A DNA stretch of 64,000 nt from assembly GCA_963737655.1 (NCBI GenBank), contig CAVTTN010000002.1, forward strand, positions 1,472,001 through 1,536,000. Reading direction: 5' to 3'. Shown here in pieces: positions 34,207 to 47,237 of the stretch. The notes beneath the pieces were generated by a model. It was not told where the DNA came from and ran no database searches. It saw only the letters and a program-made list of their open reading frames with translations. The DNA is from an uncultured Planctomycetota bacterium. Its GTDB lineage: Bacteria > Planctomycetota > Planctomycetia > Isosphaerales > Isosphaeraceae. Every line of letters begins with the position of its first letter. Position 1 is the stretch's first letter. The position numbers were made by a program, and so were the translations under genes.

Positions 34207-34533
34207 GGAAGCTCCTTGAGGAATCCCGGGTGCAGGCGATCCGCATCTCTTCGAGGATCGGGAACGCGATCCGTCCGCCCCCGCGCGCTCGGTCCCTCAT
34301 CTCCTCAACCCGGAGGATCGTCAGGGCCACCGATCGCCAGACGGACCAGACCATCGCTCTTCAGGGTAAGGAAGCCGCGATCGGAACCTGACTCCCACCC
34401 CAAGAAAATTCGGTGGCAAGGAATCACAATGGAAATGGGGACAACCCTGAATGGCATGGGACCGGGAATGGTTGGGAATGGTGAAATTGAAATGAATTCA
34501 TCTATAAAAAATGTGCGAAAATATGGTTTTTCT

Positions 34534-34593
34534 TGAGATGTGATAACGTGATCACTGAACAGGGATGGCCCCTCCACTTCTCTTTGCGGGGAT
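34534..34593. repeat. Dispersed intergenic element, partial copy
   Basis: About 48/61 identical to 30259-30318 by manual alignment, including exact TTCTCTTTGCGGGGAT. Confidence 0.7.
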
Positions 34594-34724
34594 TCGCGAA
34601 ACGGCGTGGCATGATCCTCCGCGACGAGTCTTCTCCAACAAAAGCTTGATCTTGCCGCCTGTCCCTGCAAGACTGTCGGTGGCAGGGCCGAGATGGCGAG
34701 GCTCAACGGGGAAGGGGCGGCGGG

Positions 34725-36106
34725 ATGAATTCAGCGATGGTCTGCCGCGGGCCGGCCCCCGTCTCGCGTCGGCGAGTGCTCCAGGTCGGCGGGATCGGCC
34801 TGTGGGGCCTGGGCTTGCCCGCTTTGTTGAGGGCCGACGAGGCGAGGAGATCGGCCGCGACCGCTTCGGCCTCGTCCTCGGCCGACGCCTGCATCCTGGT
34901 GTTCCTCAACGGCGGGCCGAGCCAGCTCGACACCTGGGACATGAAGCCGAATGCCCCCGAGGCGATCCGCGGCGAATTCAAGCCGATCGCCACGAGCGTG
35001 CCGGGGCTCCAGTATTGCGAGCACTTGCCGAGGTTCGCGAGGCTCGCGCACCTGGGGACGACCCTCCGATCGGCCCACCACGGCGTGAACGTCTCGCACG
35101 CGGCGGCCGTGTATTGCGGGCTCACCGGGCACGACCGTGGCGAGCGGGGCGGGGGGTTCAAGCCGACCGACAACCCGGCGATCGGCGCGGTGGTGGGCAT
35201 GATGCGGCCTCCGCAGAGGGCGGCCGTCCCTTACGTCGCCCTGCCCTACTGGACGGCCGAAGGCGCGGGCGGGCCGCCGCAGCCGGGCTTCACGGGCGGC
35301 TGGCTCGGCCGGTCGCGCGATCCCCTGTGGGTCCTGAGGGACCCCAACGCCGAAGGCTTCGGGCTGCCGGAGCTGAGCCTGCCCCCCGGGATCGACCGGG
35401 AGCGATCCGCCCGCCGCCGGAGGCTCATCGGCGAGCTCGCGGCGTCCCCGGGCGCGACGGCCGGCGATCAGCGCTGCGCGACATGGATACCTTCCAGGCC
35501 CGGGCGTTCGACCTGCTCAACGCGCCCGCGACCCGGGCGGCCTTCGATCTCGGACGCGAGGACCCCCGGGTCCGCGACCGCTACGGGCGGAACATCTACG
35601 GCCAGAGCATCCTGCTGGCCCGGAGGCTGATCGAGGCCGGCACCCGCGTGGCCTGCGTCTCGTGGGCCCCCGACGCCAACGCGACCTGGGACACCCACGG
35701 CCAGAACTTCCCGAAGCTCCGGGACGTCCTCCTCCCTCAGCTCGACGCCGCCATCCCGAGCCTCCTGGAAGACCTCGCCGACCGCGGAATGCTGGAGAGG
35801 ACGCTCGTCGTGGTGATGGGCGAGTTCGGCCGCAGCCCGAGGATCAATGGCACGGCCGGCCGCGAGCACTGGAGCCTCGGCTACAGCCTGTTCCTGGCCG
35901 GAGGCGGGATCAAGGCCGGCCACGTCTTCGGGGCGAGCGACAAGATCGCCGCGCACCCGGCCCTCGACCCCGTGACGCCGGCCGAGATCATCGCCACGAT
36001 CTACCACTGCCTGGGCATCGCGCCCGATCACGAGCTGCACGACCAGCTCGGTCGCCCGCTCGCGGTCGTCCCCGGCGGCAAGCCGATCCGAGCGATCCTG
36101 GCCTGA
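34725..36106 (+). CDS. DUF1501 planctomycete protein (frameshift near 35471)
   Basis: SRRRVL Tat motif, GGPSQLDTWDMKP; then RYG, WDTH, GEFGRSP, GGGIK in another frame. Confidence 0.85.
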
Positions 36107-36419
36107 GAATTCCGTCAAGACCCGGGGCGGTAAGGGTGTCGGCCGACATGCCGCCATCCCGACGGAACCCGAACCGATGAAAATGAACGAGATCGCACGC
36201 AGGTGAACGATTTGCCGCTGTTTTCAGGGCAGTTCATGTTTTCCCCTTGAAAATATGACCCGGCGCCCTCGACAGCTTGTCAAACGCCCGCGCGTCGATC
36301 AGGCCGCCCGTTCGTCGGCGACCGTTGCATTGCAATCGAAGGGCTTTTTCTCTAGAATGAGGAGGAGAAACCACTTGTGGCATTGGCACCTTTAGGAAAA
36401 TGAAGAGGCCGGTACTCGA

Positions 36420-37142
36420 ATGGGACGCATCTTCGAGAAGCGCAAAGAGTCGATCTTCAAAACCGCCGACCAGAAATCCAAGCTCTTTTCCAAATATGGA
36501 AGACAATTGTACATGGCCGCCAAGAATGGCGTGCCCGACCCGGAAGCCAATTCGGCTCTGCGCAGCGTGATCGAACGGGCCAAGCGAGATAACGTCGCGA
36601 GCCATGTGATCGAGAAGGCGATCCAGAAGGCGGCGGGCACGGGCGGCGAGGATTTCCAGGCCGCGCGTTATGAGGGGTTCGGTCCCGGCGGATCCTTACT
36701 CATCGTCGAATGCTTGACCGACAACCCGACACGCACCATCTCCGATGTCCGCGGTTGCTTCTACAAGACCGGGTCCAAGCTGGCCGCCAATGGATCCGTC
36801 GCGATGTCCTTCGATCACCTGGCGGTCCTCTCGTTCCGTGGTGATGACGAGGAGAAGGTCCTCGAGGCGATGTTCGCCGCGGACGTTGCCGTCGAAGAGA
36901 TCGAACGCGAGGATGGGACCATCACCGTCTTCGCCCCCCCCGTCGAGTTCTTCAAAGCGAAGACGGCCTTGCTCGCGGCCTCCCCCGGCCTGGAGCTGGA
37001 AATCCAGGACATCCGATTCATCCCGCAGGCGAGCAAGACTCTCGGCGGGGAGGATCTGGGCGTGTTTCAAAAATTGGTGGACATGCTCAACGATTGCGAC
37101 GACGTGCAGGAGATCTACCACAATATTGCCCTTCCGGGCTGA
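36420..37142 (+). CDS. yebC: YebC/PmpR (YeeN-like) family protein
   Basis: RYEGFGPGG, LTDNPTRT, DDVQEIYHN. Confidence 0.9.
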   Translation: MGRIFEKRKESIFKTADQKSKLFSKYGRQLYMAAKNGVPDPEANSALRSVIERAKRDNVASHVIEKAIQKAAGTGGEDFQAARYEGFGPGGSLLIVECLTDNPTRTISDVRGCFYKTGSKLAANGSVAMSFDHLAVLSFRGDDEEKVLEAMFAADVAVEEIEREDGTITVFAPPVEFFKAKTALLAASPGLELEIQDIRFIPQASKTLGGEDLGVFQKLVDMLNDCDDVQEIYHNIALPG

Positions 37143-37229
37143 CTCATTGGGCGAAGCGCCGCCCGCGACCATCGGTGTCCGAACACTGCGTCGCCCCGCC
37201 CCGCCCCAGTCGGTTGGAGGCCTGTCCTG

Positions 37230-37697
37230 ATGGACCATGCGGACGCGCGCGACGGCGGAGACGAGGCCCCGAAACCTCAAGCCGCACCGATCCTCTCGGC
37301 CGATGAGCTGCATTCGGTGGTGTTCATCATCCGGTGTGCGAGGGCGATCGGGGTTCTTCAGCGAATCGTGCCCGGAAAGTACCTGCCGCCGCCCGAGGAC
37401 AGGGTCCCGCCGGAATTGCTCCATCGGCTCATCCACGAGCTGAAGACGCTCGTTCCGAAGTGGCGATGGACACGATCGGCGGGAACGCTTCCCCGCTCGC
37501 CCGCCAGGCTCGGGGACGAGTTCTTCTACGCGATCACGGCCCTGCGCACGAGCCGTCTCGAGCTCTGGCGGGCCGGCTCCAAGGATTGCGTCGCCGCGCT
37601 GGACGATGCCTACTCGCTCCTGTTCTCGATCGGGGCACGGGCCCAGGAGAGGAGACGACGCTCCAAGTCGCAGAAGGCGGATCGGCAGGGGGAGTGA
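37230..37697 (+). CDS. Hypothetical protein
   Basis: GGAGG RBS, 155-aa ORF, no recognised motif. Confidence 0.45.
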   Translation: MDHADARDGGDEAPKPQAAPILSADELHSVVFIIRCARAIGVLQRIVPGKYLPPPEDRVPPELLHRLIHELKTLVPKWRWTRSAGTLPRSPARLGDEFFYAITALRTSRLELWRAGSKDCVAALDDAYSLLFSIGARAQERRRRSKSQKADRQGE

Positions 37698-37858
37698 GGC
37701 CCCGGCTCACGGGGAGCCAGGTCGGCCGAGCCCTATTTTGCTCTGTTGAAAGCCTTCGGTATCGGCCGGAACACTGGTCGAGTACGACCAGTGCCACCCG
37801 CCGGACAGGCTCGACCACTCACGGGGCCCGCCGCCGTAGATGTCCCCAAGGTTAAGCA

Positions 37859-38854
37859 TTAAGAAGTATTTTCAAAATAACGTTTAGATTTTTTATAAAG
37901 ATTCAGGCGTCGAAATCCTTCGTCGCGCTCATCTTGATGTTCATCGAGCTTGTTCGCCTTCTCCTGCACTTCGACCGCCCGAGCAAAGTTGCCCGCCGCG
38001 GCGTGGGCGGCGGCGAGCGTGGCGAGGCAGACGGCGTCCTTCTCCTCGCTGTGCTCGCAGGCCAGTGAGGCCGACTCGACCGCCTTCTTGACGTCGCGGA
38101 ACTTCGGATCGGGACAAGTTGCCAGTATCCAGGCTCGCTCCTCCAGCGCTCGGACACACCCGGGATTCATCCGAAGGGACTGGTCGAAATCGGCGATGGC
38201 CTTGCCATACTTCCCCTTGGCTTGCCAGACGACACCTCGTCGGTAGTAGTCCTCATACGCAGTCACGAACGTTTCAAGCCGAATGGCTTCGGTGAAATCA
38301 GCAATGGCCTGATCATACTCCCCTCTTTCATACAGGAAGCACCCGCGCGTGCTGAAAGCCAGAGGGAATGCCGTGGAGAGACAGACAGCCTCGTCGAAGT
38401 CCATCCGGGCCTTGTCGTGCTCCCCCTTCTGATGTCGGGCGTGAGCTCGGTTGAGTAAGTTTCCGACGTCACGAGGAGAGAGCCGGAGCGCTGCTGTAAA
38501 ATCGGCGATGGCCTTGTCGTAGGCGCCCTTTTCTGTCCATATCAACCCGCGCTGGGTGAACGCTTTGAGGTACTTCGGATGGAGCCGAATGGCCTCGGTG
38601 AGGTCAACGATGGCCTTATCGTTCTCATCGCGAAAGTGCCAGAGTATTCCTCGATCGAAGAATTCGCTAGCGTTCGTGGGTGTCATCCGTCTGGGATCGA
38701 TGTCATCTCTCACGACGCTTCCCTGACGGGCGTCCTGAGCCAAGGCGGTCACGCAGAGGACAACTCCCAGGATGAGGGCGAGGCGCCAGGCGACGTGAGC
38801 GCTTCGAACTCGCATAAATCGAATCCTCGACGAGGGGCGATCATCAGTAGGCAC
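37859..38854 (-). CDS. TPR repeat protein
   Basis: Repeated KAIADFxxAIRL, AWILATCPD; lower GC than flanks; start uncertain. Confidence 0.85.
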   Translation of the reverse strand: MPTDDRPSSRIRFMRVRSAHVAWRLALILGVVLCVTALAQDARQGSVVRDDIDPRRMTPTNASEFFDRGILWHFRDENDKAIVDLTEAIRLHPKYLKAFTQRGLIWTEKGAYDKAIADFTAALRLSPRDVGNLLNRAHARHQKGEHDKARMDFDEAVCLSTAFPLAFSTRGCFLYERGEYDQAIADFTEAIRLETFVTAYEDYYRRGVVWQAKGKYGKAIADFDQSLRMNPGCVRALEERAWILATCPDPKFRDVKKAVESASLACEHSEEKDAVCLATLAAAHAAAGNFARAVEVQEKANKLDEHQDERDEGFRRLNLYKKSKRYFENTS

Positions 38855-39003
38855 GTCCTACGAGCCATCTTAATGCATGACGTGTAGTCTGCTAAGACAA
38901 TCTATCTACGAACGCGACTCCGGAGTCGTGTCCTGACGCAGGAATGGGGACGCGCAAGAATGAGGACGTCCCTTCCCTGTAGAAAACCCGTCCGACGAGG
39001 TCG

Positions 39004-39082
39004 ATCGAGTCGGTCCGACTTCAGTCGGGCCTACAAGCGTTGTCTCGGCTTGTAGGCCCGACTGAAGTCGGACCGACTCGAT
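39004..39082. repeat. GTAG-type REP doublet, perfect 35-bp arms
   Basis: ATCGAGTCGGTCCGACTTCAGTCGGGCCTACAAGC / GCTTGTAGGCCCGACTGAAGTCGGACCGACTCGAT. Confidence 0.85.
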
Positions 39083-39119
39083 TCCCTTCCATCACCGGGG
39101 TTTTCTAGAGAACAAAATG

Positions 39120-39164
39120 TCCCTGAATATTGCCGTAATTTGGGGGATTTGATGAGATGTGAAA
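39120..39164. repeat. Dispersed intergenic element, partial copy
   Basis: 38/45 identical to 30226-30270; all differences are transitions. Confidence 0.75.
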
Positions 39165-39335
39165 TAAGAATCAAATTAAATAACAAATATAACTTGTAAG
39201 TTTCAACAATTCTTCCTCCTCAAGGCTTGCCGGCCTTCCCCGGCCCGAGACCTGACCCCGTTGGTACATCGTTTGCCGCACAATCCCGGTCCCGGGATTC
39301 CCGCCCACCTTGATGACTGCGACTGGGGTATCACG

Positions 39336-41453
<2,118 letters not shown>

Positions 41454-41481
41454 GCCGTCGGCGAGCCAGACTCTCAGGACG

Positions 41482-41584
41482 TTCACCACCGAGGCACGAA
41501 GAGCGCGGAGGAAGACACGAAGAAGGCGGGGAGTCCCGGTCGTCTTCGTGTCTTCCTCCGCGCTCTTCGTGCCTTGGCGGTGAA
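41482..41584. repeat. Second TTCACCAC...GGTGAA family inverted repeat
   Basis: TTCACCACCGAGGCACGAAGAGCGCGGAGGAAGACACGAAGA ... TCTTCGTGTCTTCCTCCGCGCTCTTCGTGCCTTGGCGGTGAA. Confidence 0.85.
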
Positions 41585-44500
41585 TCAGGGCGTTCTGGAA
41601 GAGGGCCGGTTTTTCCAGCGGTCGAGCCATTCGGAGGCGGAGAGGTTGGCCATCCCTCCCCCGTCGTGGAGCCTTCGCCCGGCGAGGAGCTCGGCCCATC
41701 GGCGGAGCGTCTCGGGATCGTCGGCGGTCCGGTCCAGGGCGGCGAGGTCGATCACGGTGATCAGGTGGTGGAACCCGCCGACGGCCGCGTGCTTGCCGTC
41801 CCGCGTGATGACGAGGTCCATCGCGGCCCCTCCGACGTTCAGAGGAGGGGTCAGGGGCTTGCCGGTCCGCCAGTCCCAGGCCCGGACGATCCCGTCGGCG
41901 CTGGCCGAGAGGACCCAGAGGCCGTCCGGGGTGAAGGCGGCGGCGCTGACCTCCTCGGCGTGCTCGAACGGGGGGCAGGCGAGCTGTCCGGCCTTCCAGT
42001 CCCAGACCCGGACCGCCCGATCCCGGCAGGCCGTGACGAGCCATCGGCCGTCGGGGCTGAAGCGGGCGGTGTAAACCATGTCCGGGTGGTCGGGCACGGC
42101 GGAGACCACGGCCCCCGAGGCGAAGTCCCAGACCCGGACCGAGCGATCGTACGAGGCGGTCGCCAGGAGCCGGCCATCGGGCGAGAACTGGGCGTCGTGG
42201 CATTTATCGCGATGAGTGAACGGCGGGCGGGCGGGGCGTCCCGAGTCGGCCTCCCAGACCCGGAGGTCGTTGCCCATCCCCCAGGTCAGGACGCTCCGGC
42301 CGTCGGGGCTGAAGCCGACCCGGCCGTTGTTGAACCAGTGGTGGGCCGGCTCGGGGTCGTGGGCCTGCCAACGGCGGACTTCCCGGCCGGTCTCGGCGTC
42401 GAGCAGGACGAGCTCGCCCCCTCCGCACAGGACGGCCAGTCGTCGGCCGTCCGGGCGATAGGCGAGGCCGCGGGGCTCCGAAGGCAGGGGCGTCCGCCAG
42501 AGCCTCTGGCCGATCGCCGAGTCCCAGGCCGAGACTCCCGGGGCCTCGGTCGACGGTGGGGCGGACAGGTCCACCAGGGCGACCCGGCTCCCGTCGGGCG
42601 AGAACTCCGAGCCGACGATCGGGCCCCCGGGGGCCAGGGAGGGGCCGACCGGCTTCCCGGTCGCCACGTCGAAGACCCGGGCGCTCCGGACGTTCCGGGT
42701 GTTGGCGAACGTCATCCCCGCCGAGATGGCCCGGGAGCCGTCGGGGCTCAGGGAGACGAACGAGTCGGACCGGTCCACGGGAACCCGGGTCATCGGCAGC
42801 CCCTCCTCGGGCAGGGCCCAGAGCCGGACCAGGTCGAAATCCTGGGTCGCCAGCGATCCCCCTCCGGGCGCGAAGGCGACGAGGTGGACGGTCCGATGGA
42901 GGTCCCAGGGCCGGCCCAGGGGGCGGCCGTCGGGGACCGACCAGAGCCGGGCCATCCCGTCGGTCGCGCCGGTCGCCAACCTTTGGCCGTCGGGGCTGAA
43001 GGCCGCCGAGGCCACCGTGTTCTTGTGGCCGAGATCGGGGCCCACCTGTCGGCCGGTGGAGACCTCGACGAGCCGGACCTGGGTCCCCTGGACCCCGAAG
43101 ACGGCCAGAAAGCGGCCGTCGGGGCTGGCCCCGACCCAGGCCAGGGTCCCTCTCCAGTCGGCGAGGGGCTGGGCTCGGACTTCCTCGCCGGTCTCCGAGT
43201 TTCTCCACGACAAGCCCGCCCCGGCCCCGTGGGTGATCACGACCCGGCCGCCCTCGACGAACAGGGGAGGGGAGCGGAACTCGCGATACCACGGGTTCCC
43301 CACCTCGTATCGATGGGGGACCGGCGGCCAGAGAGGCCCGTCGGGACCGCCGGTCACGGCGAAGACCCGGGCCTTCTGGTCCCGGCATCCGGTGGCCAGG
43401 AACCGGCCGTCGGGCGACAGCGAGAGCGAGGTCACCCCCTCCGGATGAGGCAGCTCCGACGAGGCGAAGGCGCGGGCTCCGACGTCCCAGACCCGGGCCG
43501 TCTTCCCCGAAGAGATCGCCAGGAACCGGCCGTCATCGCTGAAGGCCAGGAGGCCGACACGCCCGGCGAACTCGATCCTCTGGGCCGGGCCGCCCTCCGG
43601 GAACGGGGCGATGGTCACGCCGGCTTCGGGGCCGGCGAACGCCAGAGACGAGCCGTCGGGCGCCCAGGCCGCCGCCGGGACGGCCTCCACGCTTCCTCCG
43701 GGGAACGCCAGCGCACGCTCCTTCTGCAGGTCCCAGAGAGAGAACCGGGACTCCCCGGCCCGGCCTTCGACCACGGACTCGGCGATCAGGTGCCGCCCCC
43801 CCGGGTGGAACCGGAGCCCCTCGGGCCGGGCCCCCTGGGCGACCACGGCGGCCAGCGGCCGAGGTGCCCCTCGGCCCCAGGACCGGGCCCGGATCGCGTT
43901 GGCCCGTCGGCGGTCGGGGTCGGCCTCGGCCCTCTTCGCGGCGTTGGCGAACCAGAGGGCCGCCCCGGAGGCGTCCCCCTGATTCCCGGCGGAGACGCCT
44001 CCGGTGGTGTACATGTCCACCAGGACCGTCTCGGTCTCCCGCCGCGCCCTGGCCTCCTCGGCGGCATGGCGGGAGGCCAGGTCGCGGGCCTCGACCGCCT
44101 GGTCCCACGCCCAGAGAATCCCCGAGAGGCCCAGGGCGGCCACCGCGATCACCGCCGCCGTCAGCAAGGCCGGCGCGGGGTGACGACGACACCACCGCCA
44201 CGACCGCTCGGCCGGCCCCACCGGGCGAGCCACGATCGATTCTCCGCCGAGGAACCGCTGGAGGTCCTCGGCGAGGGTCGAGGCCGAGTCGTACCGCTTC
44301 CCGGGCTCCTTCTGCAAGCATTTCAGGACGATCGTCTCGATGTCTCGGGGCAACCGAGGCACCAGCCGGCCCGGCGGCACCGGCTCGGCCGTCCTCACCT
44401 GTTCGAGCGTCTCCAGGATCGTGGTCCCTCGGAACGGAGGGCGGCCGGTCAGGAGCTCGTAGAGGATCGCGCCCAGGGCGTACACGTCGGCGGGCAGCCC

Positions 44501-45379
44501 GACCTCGCGGGTCCGGCCCTCGGCCTGCTCCGGGGCCATGTAGCCGGGCGAGCCGAGGATCGAGTCGGTCCGGGTCAGCCCGCTGTCCTGGGTCAGCGAC
44601 TTGGCCAGGCCGAAGTCGGCGACCTTGGGCTGGCCCGCTCCGGACAGGAGGATGTTGGCCGGCTTCAGGTCGCGATGGACCAGGCCCAGCCGGTGCGCCT
44701 CGGCCACCCCCCGGGCCATCCCCAGGACCATCTCCGCCGCTCGCCGAGCGGGCCACGGCGTCCCGTCCAGGCGACGGTCCAGGCTCCCGCCCTCGACGTA
44801 CTCCAGGGCAAAGTAGGGCAGGCCGTCGGACCGGCCGATGTGATGGATCCGGACGATGTTGGGGTGCTGGAGACGGGCGACGGCCTCGGCCTCGGCCAAG
44901 AACCGGACGATCGATTCGGGGTGGGCATGCGCCCCGGCCAGGATCATCTTCAGGACGCACGGGCGGTTCAGGAGGACCTCTCGGGCCCGGTACACCACGC
45001 CCATCCCGCCCCGGCCCAGCTCGCCCAGGACCTCATAGCCCTCGATCTTCGGCAGGGGTCGTTCCGAAGGGGGCGGGGCCGGCGGCGGCCCGGCCGGCCT
45101 CGCGATGGTCAGGCCGTCCGGGACGTCCCCGGCCAGGACGAACGACAGGACGGGCTCGGAGCCGGCCGCCGGGTCGTCCCGGCCGATCGTCATCTCCTTC
45201 GAGGGCAGGGCCGGCTCGGTCCGAAGCTCCGGGCCGTCATCCCGCCCCGAGGGGCCGGTCGGGTCGCCGACAACGGCCATCGTGGCGACGGGGCGGTCCG
45301 AACGGCCGACGCGATCGTCGGCCGAGGTCAAGGGCCGGCCCCGGTGGGCCTCGCCGTCCGAGGGGATCTCCGAACCCAC
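41585..45379 (-). CDS. Hanks-type Ser/Thr kinase with WD40 repeats
   Basis: LGRGGMG, HRDLKPAN, DFGLAK, YMAPEQ; many FSPDG..RVWD repeats; start uncertain. Confidence 0.92.
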   Translation of the reverse strand: MGSEIPSDGEAHRGRPLTSADDRVGRSDRPVATMAVVGDPTGPSGRDDGPELRTEPALPSKEMTIGRDDPAAGSEPVLSFVLAGDVPDGLTIARPAGPPPAPPPSERPLPKIEGYEVLGELGRGGMGVVYRAREVLLNRPCVLKMILAGAHAHPESIVRFLAEAEAVARLQHPNIVRIHHIGRSDGLPYFALEYVEGGSLDRRLDGTPWPARRAAEMVLGMARGVAEAHRLGLVHRDLKPANILLSGAGQPKVADFGLAKSLTQDSGLTRTDSILGSPGYMAPEQAEGRTREVGLPADVYALGAILYELLTGRPPFRGTTILETLEQVRTAEPVPPGRLVPRLPRDIETIVLKCLQKEPGKRYDSASTLAEDLQRFLGGESIVARPVGPAERSWRWCRRHPAPALLTAAVIAVAALGLSGILWAWDQAVEARDLASRHAAEEARARRETETVLVDMYTTGGVSAGNQGDASGAALWFANAAKRAEADPDRRRANAIRARSWGRGAPRPLAAVVAQGARPEGLRFHPGGRHLIAESVVEGRAGESRFSLWDLQKERALAFPGGSVEAVPAAAWAPDGSSLAFAGPEAGVTIAPFPEGGPAQRIEFAGRVGLLAFSDDGRFLAISSGKTARVWDVGARAFASSELPHPEGVTSLSLSPDGRFLATGCRDQKARVFAVTGGPDGPLWPPVPHRYEVGNPWYREFRSPPLFVEGGRVVITHGAGAGLSWRNSETGEEVRAQPLADWRGTLAWVGASPDGRFLAVFGVQGTQVRLVEVSTGRQVGPDLGHKNTVASAAFSPDGQRLATGATDGMARLWSVPDGRPLGRPWDLHRTVHLVAFAPGGGSLATQDFDLVRLWALPEEGLPMTRVPVDRSDSFVSLSPDGSRAISAGMTFANTRNVRSARVFDVATGKPVGPSLAPGGPIVGSEFSPDGSRVALVDLSAPPSTEAPGVSAWDSAIGQRLWRTPLPSEPRGLAYRPDGRRLAVLCGGGELVLLDAETGREVRRWQAHDPEPAHHWFNNGRVGFSPDGRSVLTWGMGNDLRVWEADSGRPARPPFTHRDKCHDAQFSPDGRLLATASYDRSVRVWDFASGAVVSAVPDHPDMVYTARFSPDGRWLVTACRDRAVRVWDWKAGQLACPPFEHAEEVSAAAFTPDGLWVLSASADGIVRAWDWRTGKPLTPPLNVGGAAMDLVITRDGKHAAVGGFHHLITVIDLAALDRTADDPETLRRWAELLAGRRLHDGGGMANLSASEWLDRWKNRPSSRTP

Positions 45380-45596
45380 CCATCGTCCTCCCGAACTGGC
45401 CGAGGGGTAGTCCTACGTGAAGCGTAGACTCAACCGAGCGGTCGGCCGACCACCTCGGCCCGGTCCCACGAGCTGATTGTCCCATCCCGACACGCGCCAA
45501 ACAACGCATTGCCGCAAAGCCCGGGAAGATCCGGGTCGGGATGCCCCTCCAACCGATCGATCGCCCGTTCGGCCCCGAAAATCGCCCTCCACCCCC

Positions 45597-45625
45597 TTGC
45601 CGAAGCCTCCGGCGTTTGGTGTAAT
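45597..45625 (+). promoter_or_regulatory. Candidate tRNA promoter
   Basis: TTGCCG-17-TGTAAT, 37 bp upstream of the tRNA. Confidence 0.45.
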
Positions 45626-45661
45626 CGTCCTTCCGCCCCTCGGGGCAAAGCCATCCGAGCC

Positions 45662-47136
<1,475 letters not shown>

Positions 47137-47237
47137 CGGTCACCCCGTAGCTCTCGGTCGAATCGGTGTGGTCGGATTGTCGCATACTGTCGGTGCAAGG
47201 CGCAAGTTTACGTTTGAGGGCGGTACGATTCGCGTGT

